The position numbers and the translations under genes were made by a program. A DNA stretch of 64,000 nucleotides from an uncultured delta proteobacterium (GTDB taxonomy: Bacteria > Myxococcota > Myxococcia > Myxococcales > Myxococcaceae). The notes beneath the pieces were generated by a model, which saw nothing but the letters and a program-made list of their open reading frames with translations, was not told where the DNA came from and ran no database searches. Of the stretch, positions 9,564 to 19,835 are shown one piece after another. Positions within the stretch are counted from its first letter, which is position 1. Each line of letters begins with the position of its first letter. The stretch spans positions 32,001 through 96,000 of the forward strand of contig CAVZMH010000013.1 of assembly GCA_963776345.1 (NCBI GenBank), written 5' to 3'.

Positions 9564-10121
9564 TCAGCCGCCGAGCAGCTTCCGCTTCAGATCTGCATCC
9601 ACCGGGTCCGGGCCCAGCCACACCGAGAACAGCGCATCGGCGAAGTCCTTCCCCGGGATGACCGTCTCCTTCGCCACTCCGCCCATCACCACCCCCTTCT
9701 CGGGGACGTAGGTGAGCGAGAGCAGGTCGCCCTTCTTGAGGTCGGGGACGGCGGCGGCCAGCTGGTCCAGCCGGCCCTGGAGCGCCGGCATCTGGGCCTT
9801 GGACTGCTTCTCGAAGCCCTCGCGGATGGACTCGATGATCTTCTCCTTGCCCACGTCGCGGAGCAGGTGGAGGTCCATCCGCTTCGCCTGCTCGGACTTG
9901 ATGAGGTTGGCCGCGTTGAAGGTGGGCTTCTCGGCGTAGAGCGCCCCCGCGTAGACGTCGAACATCCACTTGGTCCGGACGCCGCCGCCGATGAGCCGGA
10001 GGGTCTTCCCGTCCTGGGTGAGCGTGTCCGGGACCTGCGTCCCGTCGACGTCCTTCGCCGCCACCGGGAACGCCACCAGCGAGCACAGCAGCACGACCGC
10101 CACGCGCAAGGTTCCAGACAT
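9564..10121 (-). CDS. Chalcone isomerase-like exported protein
   Basis: Signal peptide, [51 protein letters not shown]. Confidence 0.85.
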   Translation of the reverse strand: MSGTLRVAVVLLCSLVAFPVAAKDVDGTQVPDTLTQDGKTLRLIGGGVRTKWMFDVYAGALYAEKPTFNAANLIKSEQAKRMDLHLLRDVGKEKIIESIREGFEKQSKAQMPALQGRLDQLAAAVPDLKKGDLLSLTYVPEKGVVMGGVAKETVIPGKDFADALFSVWLGPDPVDADLKRKLLGG

Positions 10122-10153
10122 CGTCGTCCCCTCCTGTGAATGCAGCTCGAGTC

Positions 10154-11246
10154 TCAGCCGTTGGCCTTGGCGAACGACTCCATGAAGGACACCAGCGTGC
10201 GGATGTTCGTCCGGGCTCACCGCGTTGTAGGCGCTGACGCGGATGCCGCCGGCGCTCCGGTGCCCCTTCAGGCCCACCATCCGCTGCTTCTTGGCCTCGG
10301 CGACGAAGCGGTCGTCGAGCTCCTCGGTACGGGAGCCGGAAGACGATGTTCATCGTGCTCCGGGCCGGCCTTCTCCACCGGCGCCCGGTAGAAGCCGCTC
10401 ATCCGGTCCAGCGCGCCGTAGAGGAGCTCGGCCTTCTCGGTGTTGCGGCGCTCCATCGCGGGCAGCCCGCCCTGCTCCTCGATCCAGGCCAGCACGTTCC
10501 GCATCAGGTAGATCCCGAAGGTGGGCGGCGTGTTGTAGAGCGAGTTGTTCTCCGCGAAGGTCGTGTAGCGGAGGATCTTCGGGATGTCCTTCCGCCCCTT
10601 GGCCATGAAGTCCTTCCGGATGATCACCACCGTCACGCCCGAGGGCCCCAGGTTCTTCTGCGCCCCGGCGTAGATCAGCCCGAAGCGCGAGACGTCGGTC
10701 GGACGCCAGAGGAAGTCGGACGACATGTCCGCCACCATCGGCACCGAGCCGACCTCCGGCCAGGCATGCCACTGCGTGCCGAAGATGGTGTTGTTGCTGG
10801 TGAGGTGGACGTAGGCCGCCTTGGGGTCGAGCTCGCAGCTCGGACTGCTTGGGGATGCGGGTGTAGCGCTTGTCCGGGTCGATGGTGGTCGCCGCCACGC
10901 GCGGGGTGCCGAGCAGCTTGGCCTCGTCGAGCGCCTTCTCGCTCCAGGTCCCGGTGAGGACGTAATCCGCCGAGCCGTCCTTCGGCAGGAAGTTCATCGG
11001 CACCATCGCGAACTGCAGCGACGCGCCGCCCTGGAGGAACAGCACTTGATGGGTGTCCGGGATGCCGAGGAGCCGGGTCAGGAGCGCGATGGCCTCGTCG
11101 TGGACGGCCTCGTACTCCTTGCCGCGGTGGCTGTGCTCGAGGATGGACATCCCCGAGCCCTTGAAGTCGATGAGCTCGTCCCGCGCGCGCTCCAGCGCCG
11201 GCAGCGGGAGGCCCGCCGGCCCCGCGTTGAAGTTGATGGCTCGCAT
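10154..11246 (-). CDS. serC: Phosphoserine aminotransferase, with four +1 frameshifts (~10836, 10365, 10329, 10210)
   Basis: [68 protein letters not shown], found across successive frames. Confidence 0.92.
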
Positions 11247-11253
11247 GCCGGGC

Positions 11254-11283
11254 CTTCTACACCCCGCGGGCGGGGGGTAGAAG
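11254..11283. promoter_or_regulatory. Near-perfect 30-bp palindrome between divergent serC and the RibD/DHFR-like gene
   Basis: CTTCTAC-A-CCCCGC-GG-GCGGGG-G-GTAGAAG. Confidence 0.5.
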
Positions 11284-11293
11284 CACAGTGCGC

Positions 11294-11827
11294 ATGGACC
11301 GGCCGCGGGTCTCGGCATTCCTCGGAGCGAGCCTGGACGGCTTCATCGCCGAGGCCGACGGCTCCCTGGGCTTCCTCAAGCCCTTCGAGCAGGAGGAGCA
11401 CGGGTACGCGGCCTTCTACGCAGGGGTGGACACGCTCCTCATGGGCCGAAAGACCTACGAGACCGTGCTCGGCTTCGGCGCCTGGCCCTTCGAGGGCAAG
11501 CGGGTCGCCGTCCTGAGCCGGAGCCCGCGGACGTCCCGGTTCGGCGAGCGCTTCCTCTCCGGCGAGCCCAGGGAGGTGCTGGCCACGCTCGCGGCGGACG
11601 GCGCGCGCCACGTCTACGCCGACGGCGGCGAGGTGGTGACGCAGTTCCTCGAGGCGGGCTGCCTGGATGCGCTGGTGGTCTCGGTCGTTCCGGCCGTGTT
11701 GGGGACGGGCATCCGTCTGTTCGCCCGCAGCCCCGGCCAGCACCGGCTCACGCTGGAGTCGGCGCAGGCGTACGACTCGGGGCTGGTGCAGCTCCGTTAC
11801 CGCGTCGCCGCTGGCTCGCGGAGCTGA
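11294..11827 (+). CDS. Dihydrofolate reductase / RibD C-terminal domain protein
   Basis: [44 protein letters not shown]. Confidence 0.88.
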   Translation: MDRPRVSAFLGASLDGFIAEADGSLGFLKPFEQEEHGYAAFYAGVDTLLMGRKTYETVLGFGAWPFEGKRVAVLSRSPRTSRFGERFLSGEPREVLATLAADGARHVYADGGEVVTQFLEAGCLDALVVSVVPAVLGTGIRLFARSPGQHRLTLESAQAYDSGLVQLRYRVAAGSRS

Positions 11828-11969
11828 ACGAGCGAGGCGCGTCTCCAGCGCGCTTCACCGCGGCTGCGGGCACGACCACCTGGGTGGCGAGGTTCACGAC
11901 ACGAGATTGGCCCATCCAGGAAGCGGAAGTCGCCGGCCACCTCGGAGCCGGGGGATGGCAGGGCGTCGG

Positions 11970-13190
11970 CTAGAACGGATGCAGGAACAGACCCGAGCGC
12001 AGCTTCGGCTCGAACCAGGTCGACTTGGGCGGCATGATCTGCCCGGCGTCGCTGATGGTCAGTAGCTCCTGCATCGACGTGGGCCACAGCGCGAACGCCG
12101 CGCGGGCCTCGCCCCGGTCCACCCGGGCCTGCAGCTCACCCGTGCCCCGGATGCCGCCCACGAACTCGATGCGTGGGTCGCGCCGCGGGTCCTGGATGCC
12201 GAGGAGCGGGCCGAGCACCGCGTCCTGGAGGATGGAGACATCGAGCGCGCCGTGCGCGTCGGCCGGGATGGCGTCGGACCGGGTCACGAGCCGCCACCAC
12301 CGGCCGTCGAGGTAGAGCCCGAAGCGGTGCGGACCCTCGGGCTCGGGCCGCGCCGACGGAGCGACGTCGAACCGGGCGCGAAGCCCCTCGAGCAGCGCGG
12401 CGCTCCCGCCCGGCCCGAGGTCCTTCACCAGCCGGTTGTAGGGGAGGATCTGCAGCGCCTGGTGCGAGAAGACCACCGCCAGGAACCACGCCGCCTCCCC
12501 TCCCCCCTGCCCTCGCCCACGGAGCAGCGCCTCGACCCGGGCGGCGGCCGCGCTCCGGTGATGTCCGTCGGCGATGTACAGCGTGTCCACCTCCGAGAGC
12601 GCCGACTCGATGGCCGCATTCTCGGACGGCGGCAGCACCCACACCGTGTGTTCCACGCCGTCGTCGCTGCGGAAGTGGACGTCCGGAGCGCCTCCGGCGC
12701 CGCGGCGAACGACCGCGTCCACCGACGGACGGGCCCGGTAGGCCAGAAAGACGGGCTCGTCGTTCGCGCGCAGCGCCTCGATGTGCCGGGTGCGGTCGTC
12801 CTCCTTGTCCGCCCGGGTCAGCTCGTGGCGCTTGATGTCCCCGCGTCCGTAGGCCTCCACGCTGGCGCAGGCCACGAGGCCCGTCTGCTCGTGGGTCCCC
12901 ATCCTCTGCCGGTAGAGCGAGAAGCGGGGCGCGTCGTCGAGCAGGAGCCAGCCGTTCCGGCGGAACTCGTCCAGCGCCTGGCGCCCCTTCGCGTGCACCG
13001 CGTCCGAGTGCTCGTCCACCTCGGGCGGGAGGTCCACCTCGGGGCGGCTGATGCGGAAGAAGCTGTGCGCGTTCCCGGCGGCGAGCGCCCGTGCCTCGGA
13101 CGAGCTCACGACGTCGTAGGGAGGCGAGGCGATGCTGGAGGCCAGCGCCGGCGGCGGCCTGAGGGCACGGAAGGGGGCGAGGAGTCGCAT
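11970..13190 (-). CDS. DUF1015 family protein
   Basis: PFRALRP, SPPYDVV, IKRHELTR, LYIADGHHR, MPPKSTWFEPKLRSGL; this family is often near serC. Confidence 0.92.
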   Translation of the reverse strand: MRLLAPFRALRPPPALASSIASPPYDVVSSSEARALAAGNAHSFFRISRPEVDLPPEVDEHSDAVHAKGRQALDEFRRNGWLLLDDAPRFSLYRQRMGTHEQTGLVACASVEAYGRGDIKRHELTRADKEDDRTRHIEALRANDEPVFLAYRARPSVDAVVRRGAGGAPDVHFRSDDGVEHTVWVLPPSENAAIESALSEVDTLYIADGHHRSAAAARVEALLRGRGQGGGEAAWFLAVVFSHQALQILPYNRLVKDLGPGGSAALLEGLRARFDVAPSARPEPEGPHRFGLYLDGRWWRLVTRSDAIPADAHGALDVSILQDAVLGPLLGIQDPRRDPRIEFVGGIRGTGELQARVDRGEARAAFALWPTSMQELLTISDAGQIMPPKSTWFEPKLRSGLFLHPF

Positions 13191-13485
13191 CGGCGGTCCC
13201 GGCGCTTCTAGCAGGCCGGGCGAGATTCCGGTCGCTTCCGAGAGGCTTCCACGCACCTCCAGTGACAGTCTTGCGAACGCGTCTCGTGCGCTGGCGGCGG
13301 CGCCTCGGCCGAGCACCCCCGGACCTCTCGCGATACCCCCTCCACGGTCGTGGCCAGGGCGAGGGCCCCTCCCGGGGTGGCAAGCGCCGGGGTACCGGCG
13401 TCGGCCACGGTCGCCGGGACCTCGCGGCCGCGCGCGTCCGCCGCCGCGCTGGCTCCGACTGGCGGCTCCTCGCTCCTCCTGCGTC

Positions 13486-14967
13486 TCAGTCACCTTCGGA
13501 TGCCGGCCGGTAGAGCGACAACCGTTCGCCGGTCGATTCACCCGGGAGCGGGCGGAGGACGACGACATCGGGCTCGGCGAGGACCAGCGCCGTCCCGTAC
13601 GCGACGAGGCTCGCCGGGGGCGGTCCCGTCTCGACGTCCGGCCGGCCGACGAGCACCGGCCGGCCGCTCCGGAGCGAGGCCGCCCAGTCCGGACGGCGGT
13701 TCCACTCCCCCTCCCGGGGGACCGGGATGACCGTCCACGGCGGCAGCAGCGCCGCCAGGGCATAGGTCCACCAGTAGCCACCGACGTACACCGCGCCCGG
13801 GAAGCGCCGGCCAATCTCCTCCGCGGCGGGGCGGAGCACCGACTCGCGCGGGTCGGGGCCGGCGCGCGGGACGCCGAGCACCAACGCCGCCAGGGCCAGC
13901 GCCGCGAGGACGCCCGCGCCTGCCTGGGGCCGGCGCCGCTCGACCAGGGCCCGGACCAAGAGCCCGGCGGCGACGGAGACGCCGAGCACCGCAAGCGCCA
14001 GACCCACCCCGAGGTAGCGAGGGGCGTACGCGTTGTCCCGCACGTGCCGCACGGCCACCACGACGAGCAAGGACGTCGCGCAGCCCGCCCCGGCCCCGAC
14101 GACCGTGCCGCGCCCGGAGTCCCATGGACGGGCGCGCCCGGCCACCAGCGCCACCGCCGCGCAGGCCAGCGCCGCGACCAGCCACGGCACGGCCTCCACG
14201 CTCCAGGCGACCCTGGCGACCTGTCCGAGATTCTCGACCAGGTGCCCGGCGTCGAGGCGTGCCGGGGTGCGGACGTCACGCCAGCCGCGAGCCCGGATCG
14301 CCGCGTGCCAGGCGGTGCGCACCCCCCACTCGACGAGCGCGCCACCGAACGCGGGGACCACCAGCAGCGCCCGCCGTCGGCCGGGAGCGCGGGCTCCGGC
14401 GCCCTCGAGGAGGCCGAGCATGAGCAAGAGCGGCGCGCTCACCAGCGAGGTCCAGCTCGCGAGGGCCGCCGCCACCGCAGCGAGCGCAAGCCAGCCGCCC
14501 GCGCGCTCGCCCCGGGACGCCCGGCGCAGGCCCCACCAGGCCCAGAGCAGGGCCGGAAGCTGCCAACCATCCACGGTGCCGAGGTCCGTCAGCACGCTCC
14601 CCAGAAGCGGGTTCAGCGCTGGCAGGAGCAGGAGCCCGGCGCCCGCCACCACCCCGGCGCGCCCGGCGAGCGCGATCCACGGCCACAGCGCGGCGGTCAT
14701 CCAGAGCGTCCGGAGCACGTGCATCGCATGCGGCGTCCAGGCCCGGCCCACCAGCGCGCCACCGGCCCGGGCGAGCAGGAACGGCCAGCTCCCGAACCGG
14801 TCCTGTCCCCAGAAGAGCCAGTCCACCGGGGCGCCGGTGGCGAGGTTGGACATCAGCACCGGGATGGCACTGTCGGAGTTGTAGAGCCCCTCGGGCGGGA
14901 CCGGGCCGAGGAAGGGCAGCGTGCGCCACAGGACGACCGCCCCCATCGCCCCGAGCACGAGAGCCAT
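13486..14967 (-). CDS. Polytopic membrane protein, possible GT-C fold glycosyltransferase
   Basis: Many hydrophobic segments; loop YNSDSAIPVLM...FWGQDRFGSW after the first TM helix. The start could alternatively be 15006. Confidence 0.6.
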   Translation of the reverse strand: MALVLGAMGAVVLWRTLPFLGPVPPEGLYNSDSAIPVLMSNLATGAPVDWLFWGQDRFGSWPFLLARAGGALVGRAWTPHAMHVLRTLWMTAALWPWIALAGRAGVVAGAGLLLLPALNPLLGSVLTDLGTVDGWQLPALLWAWWGLRRASRGERAGGWLALAAVAAALASWTSLVSAPLLLMLGLLEGAGARAPGRRRALLVVPAFGGALVEWGVRTAWHAAIRARGWRDVRTPARLDAGHLVENLGQVARVAWSVEAVPWLVAALACAAVALVAGRARPWDSGRGTVVGAGAGCATSLLVVVAVRHVRDNAYAPRYLGVGLALAVLGVSVAAGLLVRALVERRRPQAGAGVLAALALAALVLGVPRAGPDPRESVLRPAAEEIGRRFPGAVYVGGYWWTYALAALLPPWTVIPVPREGEWNRRPDWAASLRSGRPVLVGRPDVETGPPPASLVAYGTALVLAEPDVVVLRPLPGESTGERLSLYRPASEGD

Positions 14968-15006
14968 TGTCGTCCGCTCCGAAGTCAGCGAAAAGCGCGC
15001 GCGCAC

Positions 15007-16605
15007 GTGGATCCGGCCCTGTTTCTACACCGGCCGCCGGCGCGAAACGCCGGCTCGGCCCTCGCACCGGTCCTGGCGGCCGCCGTGTCGCTGCTCCTGG
15101 CCCACCACGCCGTGGTGGCGAGCGGGCTGCGCCAGGTCCCGGGCGATGCGGGCGACGTGCGCTTCGTGCACTTCTGCATCGAGCACACCTGGGCCTGGCT
15201 GGCCGGGCACCCGCTGCACCGGCGCTTCTGGGATCTCCCCTTCTACTTCCCGGCCCCCGACGTCGGGGCGTACAGCGACGTGCTCCTCGGGGTCGCCCCG
15301 CCCTACTGGGTGCTGCGCGCGCTGGGAGCAGGCCCGGACCGGGCGTATGCGCTGTGGCTCCTCTGCACCACCGCGCTGAACGCGGCGGTGGCCACCTGGT
15401 TCCTCCGGAGCGCGCTCGGGGTGGGAGGGCTCGCGGCCGGGGCCGGCGCGGTCCTCGTCGCCGCGGGCGCGCCGCGCATCCACGTGCTGAACCACCCCCA
15501 GCTCGTGGGCTCGTACTGGTTGCTCGCGGTGCTCGGATTGCTCGTGCAGGCGCTGCGGGCGCCTGGAACCCGCCGGGCGCGCCTGGCGTGGGTGGGGGCC
15601 GGCCTCGGCTTCGCCGCCCAGGCCTGGTCGAGCTACTACCTCTGGTGGTTCCTCGCGCTCGCGCTCCTGGTGGCCACCCTGGCGGCGCTCGGGGAGCCGA
15701 GCACCCGCGCCGCCTTGCGCGAGGCCCTGCGCCAGGACGGCACGGCGATCGCCGCGGCGGCGGTGCTCTCGGGCCTGCTGCTCTTCCCGCTGCTCCGCGC
15801 CTGGTGGAGCGTGGCCCAGGTGGTCGGGGTCCGCGAGGTGCAGGCCGTCTTCCTCGCCCGCGGCCAGACGTGGCTGAACCCCGGTCCGGACAGCTGGTGG
15901 TACGGCGGACTCGTCCGGCGGCTGGCGGGGCTGCGGAGCCAGACGGGCGAGCAACAGATGGGCGTGGGGCTCCTCGCGCCGGCGGTGGCCCTGGTCGGCC
16001 TCTGGCGCGCGCGGCACCGCGGCGGCGTGGTGGTGCTCGCGGCGACCACCCTGGCGCTGGTGGTGCTCGCAACCCAGCTGGGGCCGTGGCGCGCGGTCTC
16101 GCCCTGGAGCGCGGTCTCGGCGCTGGTCCCCGGGGCGGCGGCGATCCGCGCCGTCCCGCGACTCGGTCTCCTGGTGCTCGTGGCCTGGGCGGCGGGGCTG
16201 GCGCTCGCGATCGACGCCGCGCGCCGGCGAAACACGGGCGCCGCGGCGGTGCTCGGCGCGCTGTGCCTGGTCGAGCAGGGCGTGTCGTTCGCGCACTTCA
16301 CGCCCGCGGTGGAACGGGCGCGCGTGGACCAGGTGGCGGCCGGGGTCTCGCCCGGGTGCACCGCCTTCGTCTACACCCCTGCCGCGGAGGGCTTCCCGGC
16401 CTGGAGGAGCCAGATCGACGCCCTCTGGGCCACCAATGTCGCCGGCGTGCCCACGTTGAACGGCTACTCCGGCAACTCCCCGCCGGGGTGGATGCTCGAA
16501 GACTGCCTGGTGCGGAGCCCCGCGGACCGGACGCGGCTGGACGCGGCGGTGGCGGCCTGGGTGCAGCGATGGGGCTTGCCGCAGCCGGTCTGCCGGATCC
16601 AATGA
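15007..16605 (+). CDS. Polytopic membrane protein, possible GT-C fold (YfhO-like) glycosyltransferase
   Basis: GDAGDVRF...FWDLPFYFP...AYSDVLLG, many TM segments, C-terminal PTLNGYSG. The start is uncertain. Confidence 0.65.
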   Translation: MDPALFLHRPPARNAGSALAPVLAAAVSLLLAHHAVVASGLRQVPGDAGDVRFVHFCIEHTWAWLAGHPLHRRFWDLPFYFPAPDVGAYSDVLLGVAPPYWVLRALGAGPDRAYALWLLCTTALNAAVATWFLRSALGVGGLAAGAGAVLVAAGAPRIHVLNHPQLVGSYWLLAVLGLLVQALRAPGTRRARLAWVGAGLGFAAQAWSSYYLWWFLALALLVATLAALGEPSTRAALREALRQDGTAIAAAAVLSGLLLFPLLRAWWSVAQVVGVREVQAVFLARGQTWLNPGPDSWWYGGLVRRLAGLRSQTGEQQMGVGLLAPAVALVGLWRARHRGGVVVLAATTLALVVLATQLGPWRAVSPWSAVSALVPGAAAIRAVPRLGLLVLVAWAAGLALAIDAARRRNTGAAAVLGALCLVEQGVSFAHFTPAVERARVDQVAAGVSPGCTAFVYTPAAEGFPAWRSQIDALWATNVAGVPTLNGYSGNSPPGWMLEDCLVRSPADRTRLDAAVAAWVQRWGLPQPVCRIQ

Positions 16606-16642
16606 AGGAGCGCCGAGCCCTACCGTGGCGGCGGCTGTGCCC

Positions 16643-16704
16643 TCTGTAAATTTTCGACGCAAGGCGCCGTAACCGCGCGCCGTCTCTGCAGATTCGTTTG
16701 TAAA
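16643..16704. promoter_or_regulatory. Candidate ScfR-family operator: TCTGCAGA-N4-TTTGTAAA (16685-16704) plus a half-site TCTGTAAA (16643-16650)
   Basis: Matches the spacing and sequence of the TTTGCAAA-N4-TTTGCAAA motif known for PccR/PrpR-type regulators, directly upstream of such a gene. Confidence 0.65.
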
Positions 16705-16752
16705 TTTGGCTGACCACTGCTACAGCCAGAGGCCGGGCCCCCTTCGCCCCGA

Positions 16753-18264
16753 ATGAACGAGAGCAGCCTCAACGCCAGCGTCGGCCTCAAGCTCCGGACG
16801 CTCCGCCTCCAGCGCCACGTGAAGCAGGCGGACGCCGCCCGCGACCTCGGGGTGTCCCCGGCCTATCTGAACCTCATCGAGAAGGGGAAGCGGGTGATGC
16901 CCTTCCCCCTCCTGTGGAAGGCGCTCCGCTACTTCGACCAGGACCCCGAGCAGTTCATGGGCTCGCTCGGCCAGGGCCCGGTCGACGAGACGCTGGCCAA
17001 GCTCCTCGACGAGCCGCTGCTCAAGTCGCTGGAGATCGACCCCGAGGATCTGCAGCACCTCTCCGCCGAGCCGAAGCTGGCCGGAACCGTGGCCGCCCTC
17101 TTCAACCTCTACAAGAACACCCGGACCCAGCTGGAGAAGCTCACCACCCAGCAGACCTCCGGCACCGGGCCCGCGGGGGCCACGACCGGCGGGGCCGAGG
17201 TCCCGCTCGACTACTCGCCATTCGACGAGGTGTCGGACTTCCTCCAGGCCAAGCGCAACTGGTTCCCCGAGCTCGAGGAGGAGGCCGAGCGGCTCCGCCG
17301 GGACCTGGCGCTGGAGCGGCAGGTCACCGCGCAGCAGCTGGTGGAGCTCCTCGGCGACCGCTTCGGCTACCGGGTGGAGCTCGCGCCCGGACCGGCGGGC
17401 AGCTCCGTCGTCCGCCGACTCGACCTCGAGCGGCAGGTGCTCACCCTGTCGCCCAGCCTCACCGAGCAGCCGCTCAAGTTCCAGCTGGCCACGTCGATCG
17501 GTCTGCTGCTGATGGACCGTGACAAGCTCCTCGAATCCATCCTCGGCGGCACCCGGACCCGCCACGCCGAGACGCCGAAGCTCATCAAGGTCAACCTGGC
17601 CAACTACTTCGCCGGCGCGCTGCTCCTCAGCTACGGCGACTTCTTCCGCGAGGTGCAGCGCACCCGCTACGACGTGGAGCTCTTGAGCCAGGTGTTCGGC
17701 ACCACCTACGAGACGGTGGCCCACCGCCTCTGCAACCTGAGCGACCCCAAGCAGCTCGGCGTACCGTTCCACTTCCTGCGCTCGGACGTCGCCGGCAACA
17801 TCAGCAAGCGCTACAGCGGGACGGGGCTCAAGTTCGCCTCCGGCGGCTCGTGCGGGAAGTGGGCGGTGCACCTCGCCTTCCTCAACCCGTCGCAGCTCAC
17901 CCGGCAGTACTCGATGATGCCAGACGGGACGACGTACTTCTGCTTCGCCAAGGTGCAGCTCCAGCCCATCGGCGGGTCCATCGTGCACGGGACGGCGTAC
18001 AGCATCGGGCTGGGGACGCACGCCGAGAACGCGCAGTTCCTGGCCTACGGTCTGCCCACCACCGACCTCCGACGGGACGCGGTCCCCACGGGCATCAGCT
18101 GCCGCTTCTGCGAGCGGACCGACTGCAACCAGCGCGCGGCCGCCAGCTACCGCTTCGCCTTCTCCTTCGACGAGTACACCAAGAAGGACTGCTTCTTCTC
18201 CCCGCTCCTGGTGCACGAGGCCGGCAAGGACGCCGGCTCGCGGCGACGCCGCGACGGCGACTGA
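16753..18264 (+). CDS. XRE-family short-chain fatty acyl-CoA regulator (ScfR/RamB/PrpR family)
   Basis: N-terminal HTH (LGVSPAYLNLIEKGKR), ANYFAGALLL, YETVAHRLCNL, RSDVAGNISKR, C-terminal CRFCERTDCNQRA. Confidence 0.92.
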   Translation: MNESSLNASVGLKLRTLRLQRHVKQADAARDLGVSPAYLNLIEKGKRVMPFPLLWKALRYFDQDPEQFMGSLGQGPVDETLAKLLDEPLLKSLEIDPEDLQHLSAEPKLAGTVAALFNLYKNTRTQLEKLTTQQTSGTGPAGATTGGAEVPLDYSPFDEVSDFLQAKRNWFPELEEEAERLRRDLALERQVTAQQLVELLGDRFGYRVELAPGPAGSSVVRRLDLERQVLTLSPSLTEQPLKFQLATSIGLLLMDRDKLLESILGGTRTRHAETPKLIKVNLANYFAGALLLSYGDFFREVQRTRYDVELLSQVFGTTYETVAHRLCNLSDPKQLGVPFHFLRSDVAGNISKRYSGTGLKFASGGSCGKWAVHLAFLNPSQLTRQYSMMPDGTTYFCFAKVQLQPIGGSIVHGTAYSIGLGTHAENAQFLAYGLPTTDLRRDAVPTGISCRFCERTDCNQRAAASYRFAFSFDEYTKKDCFFSPLLVHEAGKDAGSRRRRDGD

Positions 18265-18269
18265 CCCCC

Positions 18270-19790
18270 ATGCCCGAGACCTCCGCCCCTCGATTCGCCC
18301 TGGCGTCCGGGGCCTCCGTCGGCACCCGAGCCGACGTGCTGGTGCTCTTCGCCGACGAGTCACCGCGCCGGGACGGGCCGGTGGCCGCGGTCGACCGCGC
18401 CCTGGCCGGACAGCTGCTCCGCGCCGCCGCCGAGGAGGGGTTTCGCGGCAAGCCGGACCAGACCTTCGTGCTCCACACGCATCGGCGGCTGCCCGCGGCG
18501 CGGGTGGTGCTCGTCGGGACCGGCCCGCGTGACAAGACCGACGCCGAGTCTCTCCGCCAGGCGGCCGGGCGGGGAGTGAAGGCGGCGCAGCGGGTTCGGG
18601 CGCGCTCGGTGGCCATCGCCGTCCCGGGAGATCCGGCTCAGACGCTCGGCCCTGTCGCCGAGGGCGCAGCGCTCGGCGCGTACCGCTTCGACCGCTACCG
18701 GACCGATGGGCGCGACGAGCGGGTCGAGCTGGAGTCGGTCCGCCTCCTGCTCCCCGACGGCGCGGCGCGGTCGCGGGCGCTCGGGCAGACGCTGGCCCGG
18801 GTGCTCCACGTCGCCGAGGCGGCGAACTTCGCCCGCACCCTGGTGAACGAGCCGGCGGGCCACCTCACCCCCGAGACGCTGGCCGAGGAGGCTACGCGCG
18901 CGGGCAAGGCGCACGGGCTCGAGGTCCGGGTGAGCGGGCCGCGGGAGCTGAAGAAGCTCCGGATGGGGATGTTCTCCGCCGTCGGCCAGGGGAGCCACAA
19001 CACGCCTCGGCTGATCGAGGTCATCTACCGGCCGAAGAAGGCCTCGGCGGCCAGGGCGCGCCCGGTGGCGCTGGTGGGCAAGGCCATCACCTTCGACTCC
19101 GGCGGCCTCTCGCTGAAGACGGCCGAGAACATGGCGGACATGAAGACCGACATGGCCGGGAGCGCCGCGGTGCTCGGGGCGGTGCAGGTGGCCGCCGAGC
19201 TCGAGCCGCCGTTCCCGGTGCACGGGTACCTGGGTGCGGCGGAGAACATGCCCAGCGGCACCGCGTACCGCCCCGGCGACATCCTGGTCTCCCGCGTGGG
19301 GAAGACGGTGGAGGTGACCAACACCGATGCCGAGGGCCGGCTGGTCCTGGGGGACGTCCTGGCCTACGCCGTGGAGGAGAAGCCGCGGGCGGTCATCGAC
19401 ATCGCCACCTTGACCGGCGCCTGCGTGGTGGCGCTGGGCAACTGGGTGGGCGGGCTCTTCTCCACGAGCGATGCGCTGGCGAACGAGCTGCTGGGGGCAG
19501 CGGCCCGGGCCGGCGAGTCGTTCTGGCGGCTGCCCCTGGTCGAGCTCCAGAGGGAGACGCTCCGCTCCGACGTCGCGGACATGAAGAACCTCGGCGAGCG
19601 CTGGGGCGGGGCGATCAGCGCGGCCATGTTCCTCCGCGAGTTCGTGGGCGACACGCCCTGGGCGCACCTGGACATCGCCGGGCCGTCGCAGGCGCCACGC
19701 GAGCGCGGATACCTCGCCAAGGGCGCCACCGGTGTCGGCGTGCGCACCCTGGCGGAGTTCCTCGCACAGCGTGCGCGGAACGGCGACTGA
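18270..19790 (+). CDS. pepA: Leucyl aminopeptidase (M17)
   Basis: GKAITFDSGG, MKTDMAGSA, NTDAEGRLVLGD, DIATLTGA, WAHLDIAG. Confidence 0.95.
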   Translation: MPETSAPRFALASGASVGTRADVLVLFADESPRRDGPVAAVDRALAGQLLRAAAEEGFRGKPDQTFVLHTHRRLPAARVVLVGTGPRDKTDAESLRQAAGRGVKAAQRVRARSVAIAVPGDPAQTLGPVAEGAALGAYRFDRYRTDGRDERVELESVRLLLPDGAARSRALGQTLARVLHVAEAANFARTLVNEPAGHLTPETLAEEATRAGKAHGLEVRVSGPRELKKLRMGMFSAVGQGSHNTPRLIEVIYRPKKASAARARPVALVGKAITFDSGGLSLKTAENMADMKTDMAGSAAVLGAVQVAAELEPPFPVHGYLGAAENMPSGTAYRPGDILVSRVGKTVEVTNTDAEGRLVLGDVLAYAVEEKPRAVIDIATLTGACVVALGNWVGGLFSTSDALANELLGAAARAGESFWRLPLVELQRETLRSDVADMKNLGERWGGAISAAMFLREFVGDTPWAHLDIAGPSQAPRERGYLAKGATGVGVRTLAEFLAQRARNGD

Positions 19791-19835
19791 TCCGCAGATC
19801 CGCTCCCTTGAGTGCGCCTCGCGGGGCGCGCCTAG

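Noticed and set aside
10154..11246. Programmed frameshifting or a definite serC pseudogene
   Set aside because: No slippery sequences. The same +1 pattern occurs across the window, so sequencing error is more parsimonious; unresolved without reads.
13191..13485. Riboswitch (glycine or ZTP) upstream of DUF1015
   Set aside because: The 295-bp gap lacks consensus elements I can recognise; an Rfam/Infernal scan would be needed.
13132..15006. N-terminal half of the 1157-aa ORF on the + strand
   Set aside because: Arg/Pro/Gly-rich shadow of the minus-strand membrane protein gene. Only the part from about 15007 looks like real protein.
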